From: an uncultured virus (IMG/VR IMGVR_UViG_3300036760_000988)
Taxonomy: Duplodnaviria; Heunggongvirae; Uroviricota; Caudoviricetes
Reading direction: 5' to 3' (one strand)
Length of the DNA: 64,000 nt
Virus record (IMG/VR): IMGVR_UViG_3300036760_000988
Every line of letters starts with the position of its first letter. Position 1 is the stretch's first letter. The notes below the pieces were generated by a model that was not told the origin of the DNA, did no database searches, and worked only from the letters and a program-made list of their open reading frames with translations. Of this stretch, positions 18,237 through 28,307 are shown piece after piece. Made by a program: the position numbers and the translations under genes.

Positions 18237-18731
18237 CTACGCCGTGGCGTCCTTCTGCGGGATCGGGTTCTCCGGCACGACCGGGAGCTGCGCCGCCCAC
18301 TTCTTCAGATCCTCGGGCGTCGCCGGCTTCCAGACCACCTTGGTGAAGTCCGACTTGCCCTCACGCTTGAGGATCTGCGAGTGGTTGCGCAGGAGCGTGC
18401 CGCCGACCGGGTTCTCCTCGGACACGACCAGCTCGATGCCGGCCTCGTCCACCTCGGACATCTCGATCTCGGTCGCGATGGCGCAGAAGTGCTTCACGTT
18501 GCCGAGGAAGGTCTCCCACTCCTCCATCACCATCCACGAGCAGAAGTCCCCCTTCTTGTAGGTGCTCGTCGGATCCGCCTCCAGGATGGTCGTCTCGACC
18601 ACGAAGAATCCCTTCTTCTTGCGGTTCTTGCCGACCTTCACCTTGTCGATGCGGACGAGAAAATCGCCGTCGTCGAAGAACGCGCCGCCCTCGGAGTACT
18701 TCGCTTCCTTCACGCCTGTGAACATGCCCAT
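18237..18731 (-). CDS. putative ssDNA-binding protein
   Basis: Beta-rich OB-like pattern between helicase and polymerase; AGGA RBS. Confidence 0.5.
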   Translation of the reverse strand: MGMFTGVKEAKYSEGGAFFDDGDFLVRIDKVKVGKNRKKKGFFVVETTILEADPTSTYKKGDFCSWMVMEEWETFLGNVKHFCAIATEIEMSEVDEAGIELVVSEENPVGGTLLRNHSQILKREGKSDFTKVVWKPATPEDLKKWAAQLPVVPENPIPQKDATA

Positions 18732-18755
18732 TGGTTTCCTGCTTTCGTTGTGGGC

Positions 18756-20669
18756 TTACGCCCTTTTGCTTGGGGCCGTAGCCCCGTTTATTTCCGGCAC
18801 CGTTGCCGGTCTTGCAACACCGAACCCAATTCTGTTCGCGTACAGGAGCTTCTGTCGCTGCCCCTGACTCTGCTCGATGAACACCGCGTCACGGTACGCC
18901 TGCCAGTACCCGCGCCGCAGTGCCTCCGTGTGCTGGTGCACGGTCACGTGCACCTCGTCCGCCCGCTGCCCGGGGCGATGCGTCCGCCCGATCAGCTGCT
19001 CGATGTCGGGCGCGTTCGCCGGGCACGTCGTCACCAGATTGGCGTCGTACGCCTGCAGGTTACGGCCGGTGCCGTGTGCGAGCTGCGAGCAGATGATCAC
19101 CGGCGCGTTCCGTGGATGAGCGACCGTCAACGCCTCGGCCGCCGCTCGACCCTCGCCATAGTAGGGCAGCCGCAGGCGCTCCGACAACTGCTTTCCGACC
19201 TCGGCGTGCACGGTCCAGACAATAGCCCCCCCGTCTGACACTGCGGCGCGCTGTTGCTGCTTTGCCACCCACAACCCCACGTCTTTGATGAAGAAATCGT
19301 CGAGCCACACCGCTTCGACCGGCGGATGCGGCCGGTAGCGGTCCCGCACGCTCGCCCAGGGTGCCCAGGAGGCCGGCTGCCAGTCCCCGCGCGCCGCCGC
19401 GTTCCACAGGAGCAGGGGGGAATCAAAGCCCTCCTGCGCGCTCCTGGCCAGCATCTCGCGCACATCCTTGTGCCACGCCGCCCGCGCCGCCAGCCATGCC
19501 CGATCATCGTCGTCGGGCGTTCCCCCAGGCCAAACCCAGCGATAGTAGAACCCGCAGGCGAGCTGTCGGGAGATCCGCGCAAACGCCATGCCATCTTCGA
19601 TCTCCTCGCCCTCCCAGGCCCAGTACTTCTCCAGGTAGTCGAGCGCTGCCGCGACCGAGGGGGCGAGCGTCAATTCGCGCGCCTCCACCAGGAGCGAGGT
19701 GTCGAGCGCCGAAGCGGTGGTCGCCACCACCCCCGCGGTCTCCACGCGGCGCCGCCGGAACCCGGACAAGACCGGCTCCCCCTCCGCGCAGAGGAGCAGC
19801 AACTTGCCGGGCTGCATGGGCCGCGGGTTGTCCGGATCGAGCGCCGCCGCCCAATCGCGCAGATCCCCGTGCGTGCGGGGGAAGGGAGAGTTCTTCTTGA
19901 GCGCCGCCTCGGCCAGCGGCGCGGCGTCCTTGATCGAGCGCTTCGTGGTCGAGCCCGAGAGCGGGGCGGTTCGACACTCGGGGTGCGCTTCCAGGTAGCG
20001 GTAGTAGCGCTGGGTGCGCGACGACTGGCGGTTGCGCAGCCGATGGGCCTCATCCGGGATGATCAGATCCGGCGTGATGCGGTTGAGCACGTCCCCCTTC
20101 TTGGCGTTCGAGAGATCCGAGTACGCCACAATGTAGAGCCCCGGTAGTGGCGGGTCGGCGATCACCGCGCGATAGGGGGGCAGGTGGAAGTGCCGGCCGT
20201 ACGCGGGGAGATCCTCCTCGATGAGCTGGGGGCGGAGCGACGCCCCCACCAGGAGCACGGTCCGCACGGCATTCATCGCGTCGTGGAGGAGCAGCGTTAC
20301 GAGCGTCTTCCCAGCGCCGACCGCCACCTCCCCGAGGAGCCCGTTCTGCTCGGAGGCTTCCCACAGCATCGCCGATTGAATGGTCCACAGCGTCGGGGGC
20401 CCACACCGACAGACGGGACAGTCCCCGCCGTCGCGCACGACCGCGCACTGTGCCACCCCCTTCGAGTAGAGCGGGGTGAGATCACGGGGCCCCCCGGGCG
20501 CGTAGCCCTGCGTCTCGAAATCCGACGAGCGCCGGGGGAGCGCCAAGATGCGCCCCAACTCGGCGGTCATCGACACACCCCGCTCGCGCAGGCTGTCGCA
20601 CATCCGCTCGGGATCGAAGTCCTTGCCCAGGCCGATCTTCGCGACGAGTTTTTCTGAGAGGGAGGTCAA
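18756..20669 (-). CDS. superfamily 2 (SNF2-like) helicase
   Basis: VGAGKT, DEAH, LSGS, GTGRNLQ and EQLIGRTHRPGQ motifs. Confidence 0.85.
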   Translation of the reverse strand: MTSLSEKLVAKIGLGKDFDPERMCDSLRERGVSMTAELGRILALPRRSSDFETQGYAPGGPRDLTPLYSKGVAQCAVVRDGGDCPVCRCGPPTLWTIQSAMLWEASEQNGLLGEVAVGAGKTLVTLLLHDAMNAVRTVLLVGASLRPQLIEEDLPAYGRHFHLPPYRAVIADPPLPGLYIVAYSDLSNAKKGDVLNRITPDLIIPDEAHRLRNRQSSRTQRYYRYLEAHPECRTAPLSGSTTKRSIKDAAPLAEAALKKNSPFPRTHGDLRDWAAALDPDNPRPMQPGKLLLLCAEGEPVLSGFRRRRVETAGVVATTASALDTSLLVEARELTLAPSVAAALDYLEKYWAWEGEEIEDGMAFARISRQLACGFYYRWVWPGGTPDDDDRAWLAARAAWHKDVREMLARSAQEGFDSPLLLWNAAARGDWQPASWAPWASVRDRYRPHPPVEAVWLDDFFIKDVGLWVAKQQQRAAVSDGGAIVWTVHAEVGKQLSERLRLPYYGEGRAAAEALTVAHPRNAPVIICSQLAHGTGRNLQAYDANLVTTCPANAPDIEQLIGRTHRPGQRADEVHVTVHQHTEALRRGYWQAYRDAVFIEQSQGQRQKLLYANRIGFGVARPATVPEINGATAPSKRA

Positions 20670-21283
20670 GGAGTCAAGGCTCGCTCAGTAGACCAACCAC
20701 GCTGCACTCGGGAGATGAGCGCCGAGTATGTCACTCCGATCTTCCTTGCCCATTCCGCTACGCTCAAGGTAACACCCCCCGAGGTGAGATACCGCGTGGA
20801 ACACTTATTGTTGTTCTGCGTGCGTCGTGTAGCCCAAATAACATTGCTCGGCTCGTACCCAGAATCGTTTCGCACGCGTTCCAGTGAATGCTTCGGCGTT
20901 GGTCGTCGACCAACATCTTGCAGAAACAAGAAGTAGGACTCCCGCCAGCGTTTACAAATAACGATGCCTCGTCCGCCATAGCGACGGTACCCAGGCCGCT
21001 TCTTGTTTTCGCAACGCGTGATCATGTTAATCCAGGCACGATATTCTGCGGTGCGACGGTATGAGCTTTCTCCATGTGTCCGGCATCGCGCCACAGTAAT
21101 CTCGACGGAAAGACATCCACAAGATTTGCTCAAACCTTGAATCAGACTAGTGCCCCAAACAACTGAAGCACGTCCACAATCGCAATCACAAAGCCAACGC
21201 GTGCCGCGATTTTTCCCGTTCGCCGCCCGACCGGCGACCTTCAGCCGACCGTAACGATCCCCAATTTTTACTTTGACCTTCAT
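20666..21283 (-). CDS. HNH homing endonuclease
   Basis: CDCG, KSCGC, YGGRGI and SLER..N..GYEPSNVIWAT; low GC. Confidence 0.88.
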   Translation of the reverse strand: MKVKVKIGDRYGRLKVAGRAANGKNRGTRWLCDCDCGRASVVWGTSLIQGLSKSCGCLSVEITVARCRTHGESSYRRTAEYRAWINMITRCENKKRPGYRRYGGRGIVICKRWRESYFLFLQDVGRRPTPKHSLERVRNDSGYEPSNVIWATRRTQNNNKCSTRYLTSGGVTLSVAEWARKIGVTYSALISRVQRGWSTERALTP

Positions 21284-22953
21284 CCCTTGAACGCTTTCAC
21301 GATGCGCGTCGCGTAGGGGGTGAGGACATCTAACACGTCGTGCGCCGCGGGGGAGAACGACGACATCACCAGCACCGCGGGCAGATGCGGGATCTGCTCA
21401 CGGATCAGGACCGACAGCGGGCCGCGCCACTTCCCGAAATCGATGAAGCGATAGTCGGGCAGCCCGTGGGTCTCCGCGATCTTCTCGACGATGGGACGGA
21501 GCCACTCCTCCAAGAGCACGTGCTCGGGCTCGTCCCGCTTCGTGGGCATGCAGTCCACGTAGATCACGAAGGGCTTCCGCTTCGTCGCCTTCGGGGCCGG
21601 CGTCGGGGTGTTCTCCGGGATCGGCGTCCCCGTTGCGCCCGCATCGCCCTCGGTGGCCGCCGCGGCGGTGATCTCATCACGGGCCTTCTCCGCCGCGCTA
21701 CGCTTTTTTGTCGCGGGGGGCTTCTCCGTGGCGGCCGGCGCCGGCTTCTCGCCTTCGCCGAGCTGCGCCGCCGTCACCTTCTCCTCACGCGGGGCGGCGT
21801 CCGGGGGCACCACGCCCATGGCCGCCACCACCTGCGTGATGACCTTCCCGCCCATGGTCTCGATCGCGGGAGCCGGCGGGGTTCCGGCCGCCGCGGCGGC
21901 GACCTCCGCCTTCTTCCGCGCCAACTTCTCCGACATCGTAAGTCCTGCTGATCCTGCCGTCACGTCCGCCATGGTGGGGTCCTTTCGCTCTGCCGCCAAA
22001 GAGATCTTGCCGTTGATGATGTGGAGCTGTCGCGTCGTGCTCGGCGCCGTGCTCCCAGTGAAGCCACAGAGGCTCCGGTAGTGACAGCCCCCGTAGAGCC
22101 CGCACGACGCCGGGTTGGGATCGAGATCGGCACCTGCCGCCGCCGCGCGATCCCGCGCCATGCTCTCCACGTAGCCCAGGGCTCGCGCCCACTGCGTCTC
22201 GATCTGGTTGCGCGTCGCAATCGCGCGCACCGGGTGCGCCTTGTAGGGACGCTTCGTTCGTAGATAGAGGTGCGACACCTCCAGCTCCTCGTCGTCCTGC
22301 CACGGCGGGGGATCGAGCCGCGTCTTGTCCCCCGCGGCGATGAGCCGTGCCCGGTCTGGGCCGTACTTCGCGACCAGCTCCGGGAGGAGCACCTTTCCCA
22401 GTTGGAAGGACAAGGCGATCTCGTCCACGGTCTCGGGCGCGAGGTTGGTCACGGTCCAGCACGCATCGTCCGCGGTGTGGAACGCCCACCAGCCGTAGGC
22501 CATCAACTGCAGATTTTCTAGCAGCTCCTGCGGGGTCTTACAGTAGCGGAAGTCCGAGGTCGTCTTGTGGTCGAGCACGCGGCGCCGCGGCGTCGCGCGG
22601 GGATCGAACAAGTCGACGTAGCCCACCCAGAACGGCCCGCCGGGATACGTGGGCAGCTCGAACCGCTGCTCGATCAAGAGATCGGGGTGTCGCGTTGGGA
22701 GGTTCGCGATGCCAGCCAGGAAGATCGCCTTGATCTCCGGCTCGGCCTCCGCGATCTCGCCGGTGCGTAGGAAGCCCTCCGTGGTCTTGTGGACCTTGGA
22801 GCCCTTCTCCGCCGCCGGCTTCCAGGGCTCGGGCAGCTTCAACACGTGGCGGTTGAACCAGAACCGCGGGCAGCGCACGTACGCCTCCACCTGGGAGGCG
22901 CTCGTGTGGGTGAGGAGCTGCCTCACCTGCTGCATGGCATCCACAGTGGTCAC
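21280..22953 (-). CDS. Cas4/RecB-like PD-(D/E)xK exonuclease with C-terminal extension
   Basis: SASQV...CPR, GYVDL, LDHKT, QL..Y and CGLYGGCHYRSLC Fe-S type cysteines. Confidence 0.8.
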   Translation of the reverse strand: MTTVDAMQQVRQLLTHTSASQVEAYVRCPRFWFNRHVLKLPEPWKPAAEKGSKVHKTTEGFLRTGEIAEAEPEIKAIFLAGIANLPTRHPDLLIEQRFELPTYPGGPFWVGYVDLFDPRATPRRRVLDHKTTSDFRYCKTPQELLENLQLMAYGWWAFHTADDACWTVTNLAPETVDEIALSFQLGKVLLPELVAKYGPDRARLIAAGDKTRLDPPPWQDDEELEVSHLYLRTKRPYKAHPVRAIATRNQIETQWARALGYVESMARDRAAAAGADLDPNPASCGLYGGCHYRSLCGFTGSTAPSTTRQLHIINGKISLAAERKDPTMADVTAGSAGLTMSEKLARKKAEVAAAAAGTPPAPAIETMGGKVITQVVAAMGVVPPDAAPREEKVTAAQLGEGEKPAPAATEKPPATKKRSAAEKARDEITAAAATEGDAGATGTPIPENTPTPAPKATKRKPFVIYVDCMPTKRDEPEHVLLEEWLRPIVEKIAETHGLPDYRFIDFGKWRGPLSVLIREQIPHLPAVLVMSSFSPAAHDVLDVLTPYATRIVKAFKG

Positions 22954-23033
22954 GCCGTTCTCTCTTAATGGTCCGTGGGGGGTCGTGTCAACAAAAAGTT
23001 TTTACAATCAAACGAGTGCATGTTTGCTCCGCC

Positions 23034-25760
23034 TCAATTCGATTTGGTGATCTGATCTTCCGTCGCTTCAACCTTGATCTTTTTAGCGATCTTCGCCGAG
23101 AGATCGTCGACATCCCCGACCTTGTACTTCTTCGCCCAGTCCAGCAGCAGATCATGGTCGAGGAGCCAGTACTGATGCCCCGGCTTGTAGTCCTCGTTGG
23201 GCGCCTGCTTGACGGACACGGTGCGCTCGCCGCGCGAAAGCCCGTGCAGCGCCTTGCCCAGGCGCTGCGTCGAGGGTACCGGGTGCGACAGGATGAACTG
23301 CGTCCAGTAGTCGGACAGCGCGTGGACGTTGACCAAAATTTCACCGTTGCCGACGATCATGCTCTTGTTCTGCAGCACGTTCGGGAAGGGTTTCTCCAAG
23401 AAGCGCACCAACCACTCGGTCACGAGCGCGGAGGTGCGCCCCTGTGTAAGGAGCGCCCGGTGCATCTCCGTCCGGTGCCCCGCCACCAAAAAGCGACTGC
23501 CCGGTTGGAAGTCCGCGCGCAAATTGTCGCGCAGCCAGAGCGCGTGCCGAGCGATCAGATCGTCCTCGACCCAGCCCTCAGTCCCTTTCAACCCTCCACG
23601 CTGGCGAAGAAAATCGCGCGCCGCCTCCGGGACATCGAGATGCAAGAAGCGAGAGGACACCGCCTCCAGATCGAACATGTCGAGATCCTCATCACCCATG
23701 AGGAGCATGCGATCGTTGTTGGCGATGAGCATGAGCCGAATCGCGCCACGCAACGTCGCGTTGGGTAGGTGCTTGCGGGTCAGCGCTCGCGCCGAGGAGC
23801 CGATGAGGAGGCGCAGATCCGCGCTGGTGCACTTCTCCGGCACGCGCTCATCCGCGACGATGAGCGGACAGCGCAAGAGGTCCGCGTTGAAGTTGGCGAG
23901 CACCTGACCCAGCTCGGTCGGCGCCCCATCCTGTGACCACAGCCGCGACAGTCCGAAGGCGAGGAGGCTCTTGCCGGTGTTCGGCGGGCCGGAGACGTAG
24001 AGCGCACAGGTCTGCTTGGCGAGGTAGGTGATCGTCGCGATCCAATCCAAGAACTTCTCCGGATCACGCCCCCCGAAGATCTCCAACCACGCCTGGATCG
24101 CCGGGTCGAAGCGGGGTTCGAGATCGCGCACGGGCGTCACCGCCTCGTAGAAGGTCTGCGCCGGGGCGTCGTAGTAGGACTCGGTGATGGCGAGATCGTA
24201 GACCAGCTTCCGGGACACCGTGCCGTAGTCGTCGAGCAGCTGGGGGAGCTGTTTCTTCTTCTCGTTGCCCTCGGTGTCCTCGTAGTAGAAATCCACCGCC
24301 GGTTCGTTCGCGAAATCATCCCGTAGCCGCAGCAGCAACGCCTCCTTGATGAGCGGGGTCTGATACACCCCCTCGACCGCGACGTAGTACACGTTCATGT
24401 GCTGGATGATGATCTGCTGGCGCAGCTTCGCGATCTCCGCAGGTGAGGGCGGAATCGGGGGTAGCGCCTCCCGTACGATCTCGGGCGCGAGAATCAAGGC
24501 CGTGTTGGGATCCGTGGTCGTGTCGTGCCCGTTCGCTTTTGGTACTGGCGTTGGTGGCAACCGCGGCTGCCCCTTGCGCGTCGCAAGTTCGTGTAGCTTC
24601 GTCGCGAGCCGTCGATCCGCTTCCAACTTGATCGCGGTGTCGCGTTCGGCGTTCTCGATCGCGCGCCGAATCTGATCGAGGATCTCGTCCTCGGTGAGCG
24701 CCGGGTTGCCTGGATCGTTCTCCAGCTGCGCCATCGCAGTGATCGACGCGGCAAAGAACGCGTCATAGATCTCCTGCGGCGTCACCCCAGGCTGCAGCTT
24801 GTAGGCCAGGTAGGTGAAGGCGCCGACCAGCTTGTTCGCGGTCTCGTTCCGCGCACCGGCCGCCGCAAAGGGCTTACCCGCGAGCGCCAGGCCCGCCAAC
24901 GCCCGATTCTCGTCGTTGGTCAAGCGCTTGGCGCGATGCTTGACCTTCTCCTGCCACGTCGAAAGACCGCGCTCGCCGCCGGCTGGGGGTACTTCCGCTT
25001 GCGCGGCTCCCGCTGCCGTTGAGGCGGCGGCGGAAGACCCTTGCCCGGCGGCGAGGCGGGGCGGTTGCTTTTTTCGCGGCGCCTGCTGCCCCTGTAGCAG
25101 CGCTGTCACTTGTCCTAACGGATACCGGGGGCCATCGTCAACAAAATTGTGCACGACCTCGATCTGGCCCGCGGCCTTGCGCTTGTAGTTGTGCGTCCCC
25201 GGCAGCCGCAGGATCTGATCGAGCTTCGCAGTGTGATCGACCACATAGCCCGCGGCGGTCCAGATCCCGCGCAGCGCCCACTGCAGCTGCTGGAGGAGCT
25301 GCTTGAACGCCGCTTGCCCCGCGGCGTCGACGGCGACGTACGGGGTGTCGAGCAGGTAGTAGGCGTGGAGCCCGTACCCCGAATGCACCAGCGCCGAGGG
25401 CGCCAGCGCGAACTGTCCGAGCAGCTGCTCGACGACTTCGAGCGAGGGGGGCAAGTTCTCCGCCGCGTGTGTCGGTCCCTGTAGATCGAGATCGACCCAC
25501 AGCCCTGGCCAAGCGATCACGTCTGCGGCACCGCCCTTAGCGTCTCGCCCCAGATCCCGCTGACGTAACCCAAGCCCGAAATACACGTCATCGATCGCGG
25601 CCTGATCCCACTCGACGGTGCGCGTCGCAATCTCGTGTCGTGCCGCGAGTGGGAAGTGCTGCCCCTTGCGCGCCGGCAACCGGAACAAGGTGAAGTAGCC
25701 TGTCGGTGCAGAGGAAGTCGGCCAGAGAAGTTCGAGGAACCTCTCGATGATCTCGACCAT
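23034..25760 (-). CDS. primase (RepB/AEP-like) - PriCT - SF3-type helicase
   Basis: LWVDLD, HSGYGLHAYY, LRLPGT, GARN, Walker A GPPNTGKS and IVADE. Confidence 0.85.
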   Translation of the reverse strand: MVEIIERFLELLWPTSSAPTGYFTLFRLPARKGQHFPLAARHEIATRTVEWDQAAIDDVYFGLGLRQRDLGRDAKGGAADVIAWPGLWVDLDLQGPTHAAENLPPSLEVVEQLLGQFALAPSALVHSGYGLHAYYLLDTPYVAVDAAGQAAFKQLLQQLQWALRGIWTAAGYVVDHTAKLDQILRLPGTHNYKRKAAGQIEVVHNFVDDGPRYPLGQVTALLQGQQAPRKKQPPRLAAGQGSSAAASTAAGAAQAEVPPAGGERGLSTWQEKVKHRAKRLTNDENRALAGLALAGKPFAAAGARNETANKLVGAFTYLAYKLQPGVTPQEIYDAFFAASITAMAQLENDPGNPALTEDEILDQIRRAIENAERDTAIKLEADRRLATKLHELATRKGQPRLPPTPVPKANGHDTTTDPNTALILAPEIVREALPPIPPSPAEIAKLRQQIIIQHMNVYYVAVEGVYQTPLIKEALLLRLRDDFANEPAVDFYYEDTEGNEKKKQLPQLLDDYGTVSRKLVYDLAITESYYDAPAQTFYEAVTPVRDLEPRFDPAIQAWLEIFGGRDPEKFLDWIATITYLAKQTCALYVSGPPNTGKSLLAFGLSRLWSQDGAPTELGQVLANFNADLLRCPLIVADERVPEKCTSADLRLLIGSSARALTRKHLPNATLRGAIRLMLIANNDRMLLMGDEDLDMFDLEAVSSRFLHLDVPEAARDFLRQRGGLKGTEGWVEDDLIARHALWLRDNLRADFQPGSRFLVAGHRTEMHRALLTQGRTSALVTEWLVRFLEKPFPNVLQNKSMIVGNGEILVNVHALSDYWTQFILSHPVPSTQRLGKALHGLSRGERTVSVKQAPNEDYKPGHQYWLLDHDLLLDWAKKYKVGDVDDLSAKIAKKIKVEATEDQITKSN

Positions 25761-25928
25761 GAATTGCCGCCCCCAGGTGAGTGCGTCGTGTCCTCAAACA
25801 CGTCGCCGCCGGAACATCCCCTCCCACTACTAAGGAGGTTTGGTCGTCATACTCCCCGTTCGGGGAGAGTGTCAAGTTTTTCATCTGGAAAGGTCCCGAC
25901 TGTGTTTTTCTATCAAAAACGACTGTCT

Positions 25929-26326
25929 AGTGTACTTTGGGGCATTTTCAGATCGCGGGGCATGGGGCATTTGGGCGTTTTTGGTCGTCAAACGCATACT
26001 CGCACAAATGCTATTCTAGTAGTTGAAGTAAAATCAACTGGTTCTAAGAGACCCCCCCTACCTCCTATTGCAGCCAAATGGATAGGTGCCTATACGCTGA
26101 TGCCCCATGCCCCATGCCCCACGATTGTATTGATCAGTACATTCATGGGGCACTGGGGCATGGGGCAAAATGAGAAATGAGCGTATATTTTCACTGCAAT
26201 GGAGTGGAGGGGGTCAACCTTGGAACATGTTGATTTTACTTCAACGCCTGGAATAGCATTTTGCAGAAGACCAAAAACACCCGAAATGCCCCAATGCCCC
26301 ACTCAGAAAGTGCCCCAAAGTACACT
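25929..26326. repeat. ~400-bp imperfect palindrome with GGGGCA repeats (putative replication origin)
   Basis: Nested inverted pairs centred on TGATCA at 26131-26136; AT-rich, non-coding and next to the primase-helicase gene. Confidence 0.8.
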
Positions 26327-26428
26327 GAACACCGAAAAACGACCTTTTCGAGCTTCCGACCCGCGTTGCGCTCCTCTGGGAGAAGCTAGAATCACAACCC
26401 GGACAGGTTCGGGCACCCCCTCGAAATT

Positions 26429-26469
26429 AACAAAAATTTGTTGACACCCACGCTTGGGTTCTCTACAAG
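26429..26469 (+). promoter_or_regulatory. putative promoter
   Basis: AACAAAAATTTGTTGACA-17-TACAAG; near-identical upstream element on the minus strand at about 50451-50468. Confidence 0.55.
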
Positions 26470-26741
26470 AGGGAGGTGCCGGCCTGTCACGACCCGAGGT
26501 GCTCGCAGACCTTGCAGCACCACGCCCACGCGGTCCCTCGCGACCTGGGCCGGGTCATCCACTACAACCAGCGCGTGGCACGCACGCGCCGCCAGCGCCA
26601 GGCCGCGGGCCCTTGGCGCCGCTGTATTGGGTGCGCGGGCAAAGGCAGCTGCCCGACGCGTGAAGGGGCCACCCGCTGCGATCTCTGCAGCGGCAGCGGC
26701 GTCGTCCATGTCCTGCAGCAACTACTTCAGAGGAGCCGAGG

Positions 26742-27491
26742 ATGAGCCAGCACGAGCATGACACCGGGGCCGACCCGACTCTGCAGACCCTTGAGGGCCT
26801 GGTGCCGCCATCGGCAGCGGGCGCACCGTGCGAGACACGCTGTAGCGATCCCGGGTGTCCCGCCCCCGACACGCCTGGCGTCGTCGACGCGGCGGACTAC
26901 GCCGAGCTGATGGACATCTACGAGGCGCGGGAACAGGAGATCCTCCAGCTGCAGCGGGACAAGGCCGATCTCACGCTCAAGTTGGAACGCACGGGGATCG
27001 AGCTGACGAAGGAGACCTACCGCACGGATCGTCCGCCGACGCGACGGCGCCTGCCCGACGAGCGCCGGGGGATCACGCACTGCTTCAAGATCTTCGCGAC
27101 CAGGGACGAGCAGCCGCACACGTACAAGGCATATCTCTCGCTGGGGTTCTACGAGGACGGCAGCCTGGGGGAGATCTTCTTCAAGATCGATCGCGCGGGC
27201 TCCGAGGTCTCGGGGCTCTGCGATGGCTGGGCCGTTTGCGTCTCGGTGATGCTGCAGTACGGCATCCCCTTCGAGGTGATCGCGGCGAAGCATCGCGGGG
27301 CGAAGTTCGAGCCCTCGGGGTTCACCTCGAACAAGGACACGGCGCTGCGGACCTGTTCGAGCCCCCTCGACTACGCGGTCAGATTTGTGGAAGCATTTCT
27401 GCGCCGGAAGATAGAAGCATCAATTCTACAGGGAGTCTACCTTCCCAGTGTTGACGCAGATCCCGAGGCAATGGCGAAGCTCGTGAAGTAG
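26742..27491 (+). CDS. stand-alone TSCPD domain protein (class II ribonucleotide reductase C-terminal domain-like)
   Basis: RRRLPDERRGITH, YEDGSLGEIF, S..LQYGIP, FEPSG and SSPLDY motifs. Confidence 0.8.
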   Translation: MSQHEHDTGADPTLQTLEGLVPPSAAGAPCETRCSDPGCPAPDTPGVVDAADYAELMDIYEAREQEILQLQRDKADLTLKLERTGIELTKETYRTDRPPTRRRLPDERRGITHCFKIFATRDEQPHTYKAYLSLGFYEDGSLGEIFFKIDRAGSEVSGLCDGWAVCVSVMLQYGIPFEVIAAKHRGAKFEPSGFTSNKDTALRTCSSPLDYAVRFVEAFLRRKIEASILQGVYLPSVDADPEAMAKLVK

Positions 27492-28072
27492 TGGGTAACT
27501 TGCGAGATCTCAGTGGTCAACTGTTTGGTAGATGGCGAGTACTCACACAATCTGAAAAGCGTGTAGCTGGTAAGGTGCATTGGCTTTGTCGTTGTCGTTG
27601 CGGAGCGCAACGGGAGATCCAAGCCGGGAATCTTTTGTCGGGGGCGAGCGCTTCTTGCGGGTGCTTGAACAACGAGCGGGTCGCCGTGCTCAACTGGAAG
27701 CACGGGGCTACGTCGACGACGGAACACAAGATTTGGAGGGGGATGATCACCCGTTGCGCTAACCCCAAGCAGGACAGCTACAAGAACTATGGGGGAAGGG
27801 GGATCAAGGTTTGCGAGCGCTGGTTGAAATCTTTTATTGCCTTTCTGCAGGATGTTGGGCCCCGACCGGCGGGACTAACTCTCGACCGTATTGACAACGA
27901 TGGCGACTACACCCCTGGCAATGTTCGCTGGGCGACTCGATTGCAACAAGCACAAAATAAAAGACCGTGCCTCACGGGGCGTAGCGCGGTTACCAGAAAG
28001 GCTTGGATCACACGTAAACGACGCTACGGCAAGTCCGGATTGCGACGCACAACTACGAGGAGAATCTCATGA
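27491..28072 (+). CDS. HNH homing endonuclease with basic C-terminal tail
   Basis: CRCG, SCGC, YGGRGI and TLDRIDNDGDYTPGNVRWAT. Confidence 0.88.
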   Translation: MGNLRDLSGQLFGRWRVLTQSEKRVAGKVHWLCRCRCGAQREIQAGNLLSGASASCGCLNNERVAVLNWKHGATSTTEHKIWRGMITRCANPKQDSYKNYGGRGIKVCERWLKSFIAFLQDVGPRPAGLTLDRIDNDGDYTPGNVRWATRLQQAQNKRPCLTGRSAVTRKAWITRKRRYGKSGLRRTTTRRIS

Positions 28073-28307
28073 TCAAGAATCCCGCCGGAGAGAAGACCAC
28101 CGCCAAGCGCTTCGCCCAGGACAAGATGATCCGGCTCATCCGCACGGCGACGTGCGTGTGTGAGGGCGCCTCGCCCGCGGAGCAGGAGGAGATCAACTAC
28201 CAGATGGAGCATCTGGGTGCGCGCCTGGCCAAGCTCTGCGGGACCGCGCTGTGAGCAACGCGGACGCGGGGGATTTGAAGTCGCCGCGCGCATCGGGGGA
28301 CCGCGCT

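Noticed and set aside
21280..22953. CRISPR-Cas system (Cas4-like gene)
   Set aside because: No repeat-spacer array or other cas genes; solo Cas4-like nucleases are common in viral replication operons.
25760..26444. Short ORFs in the palindromic region
   Set aside because: AT-rich with atypical codons. The similar peptides on both strands simply mirror the DNA palindrome.
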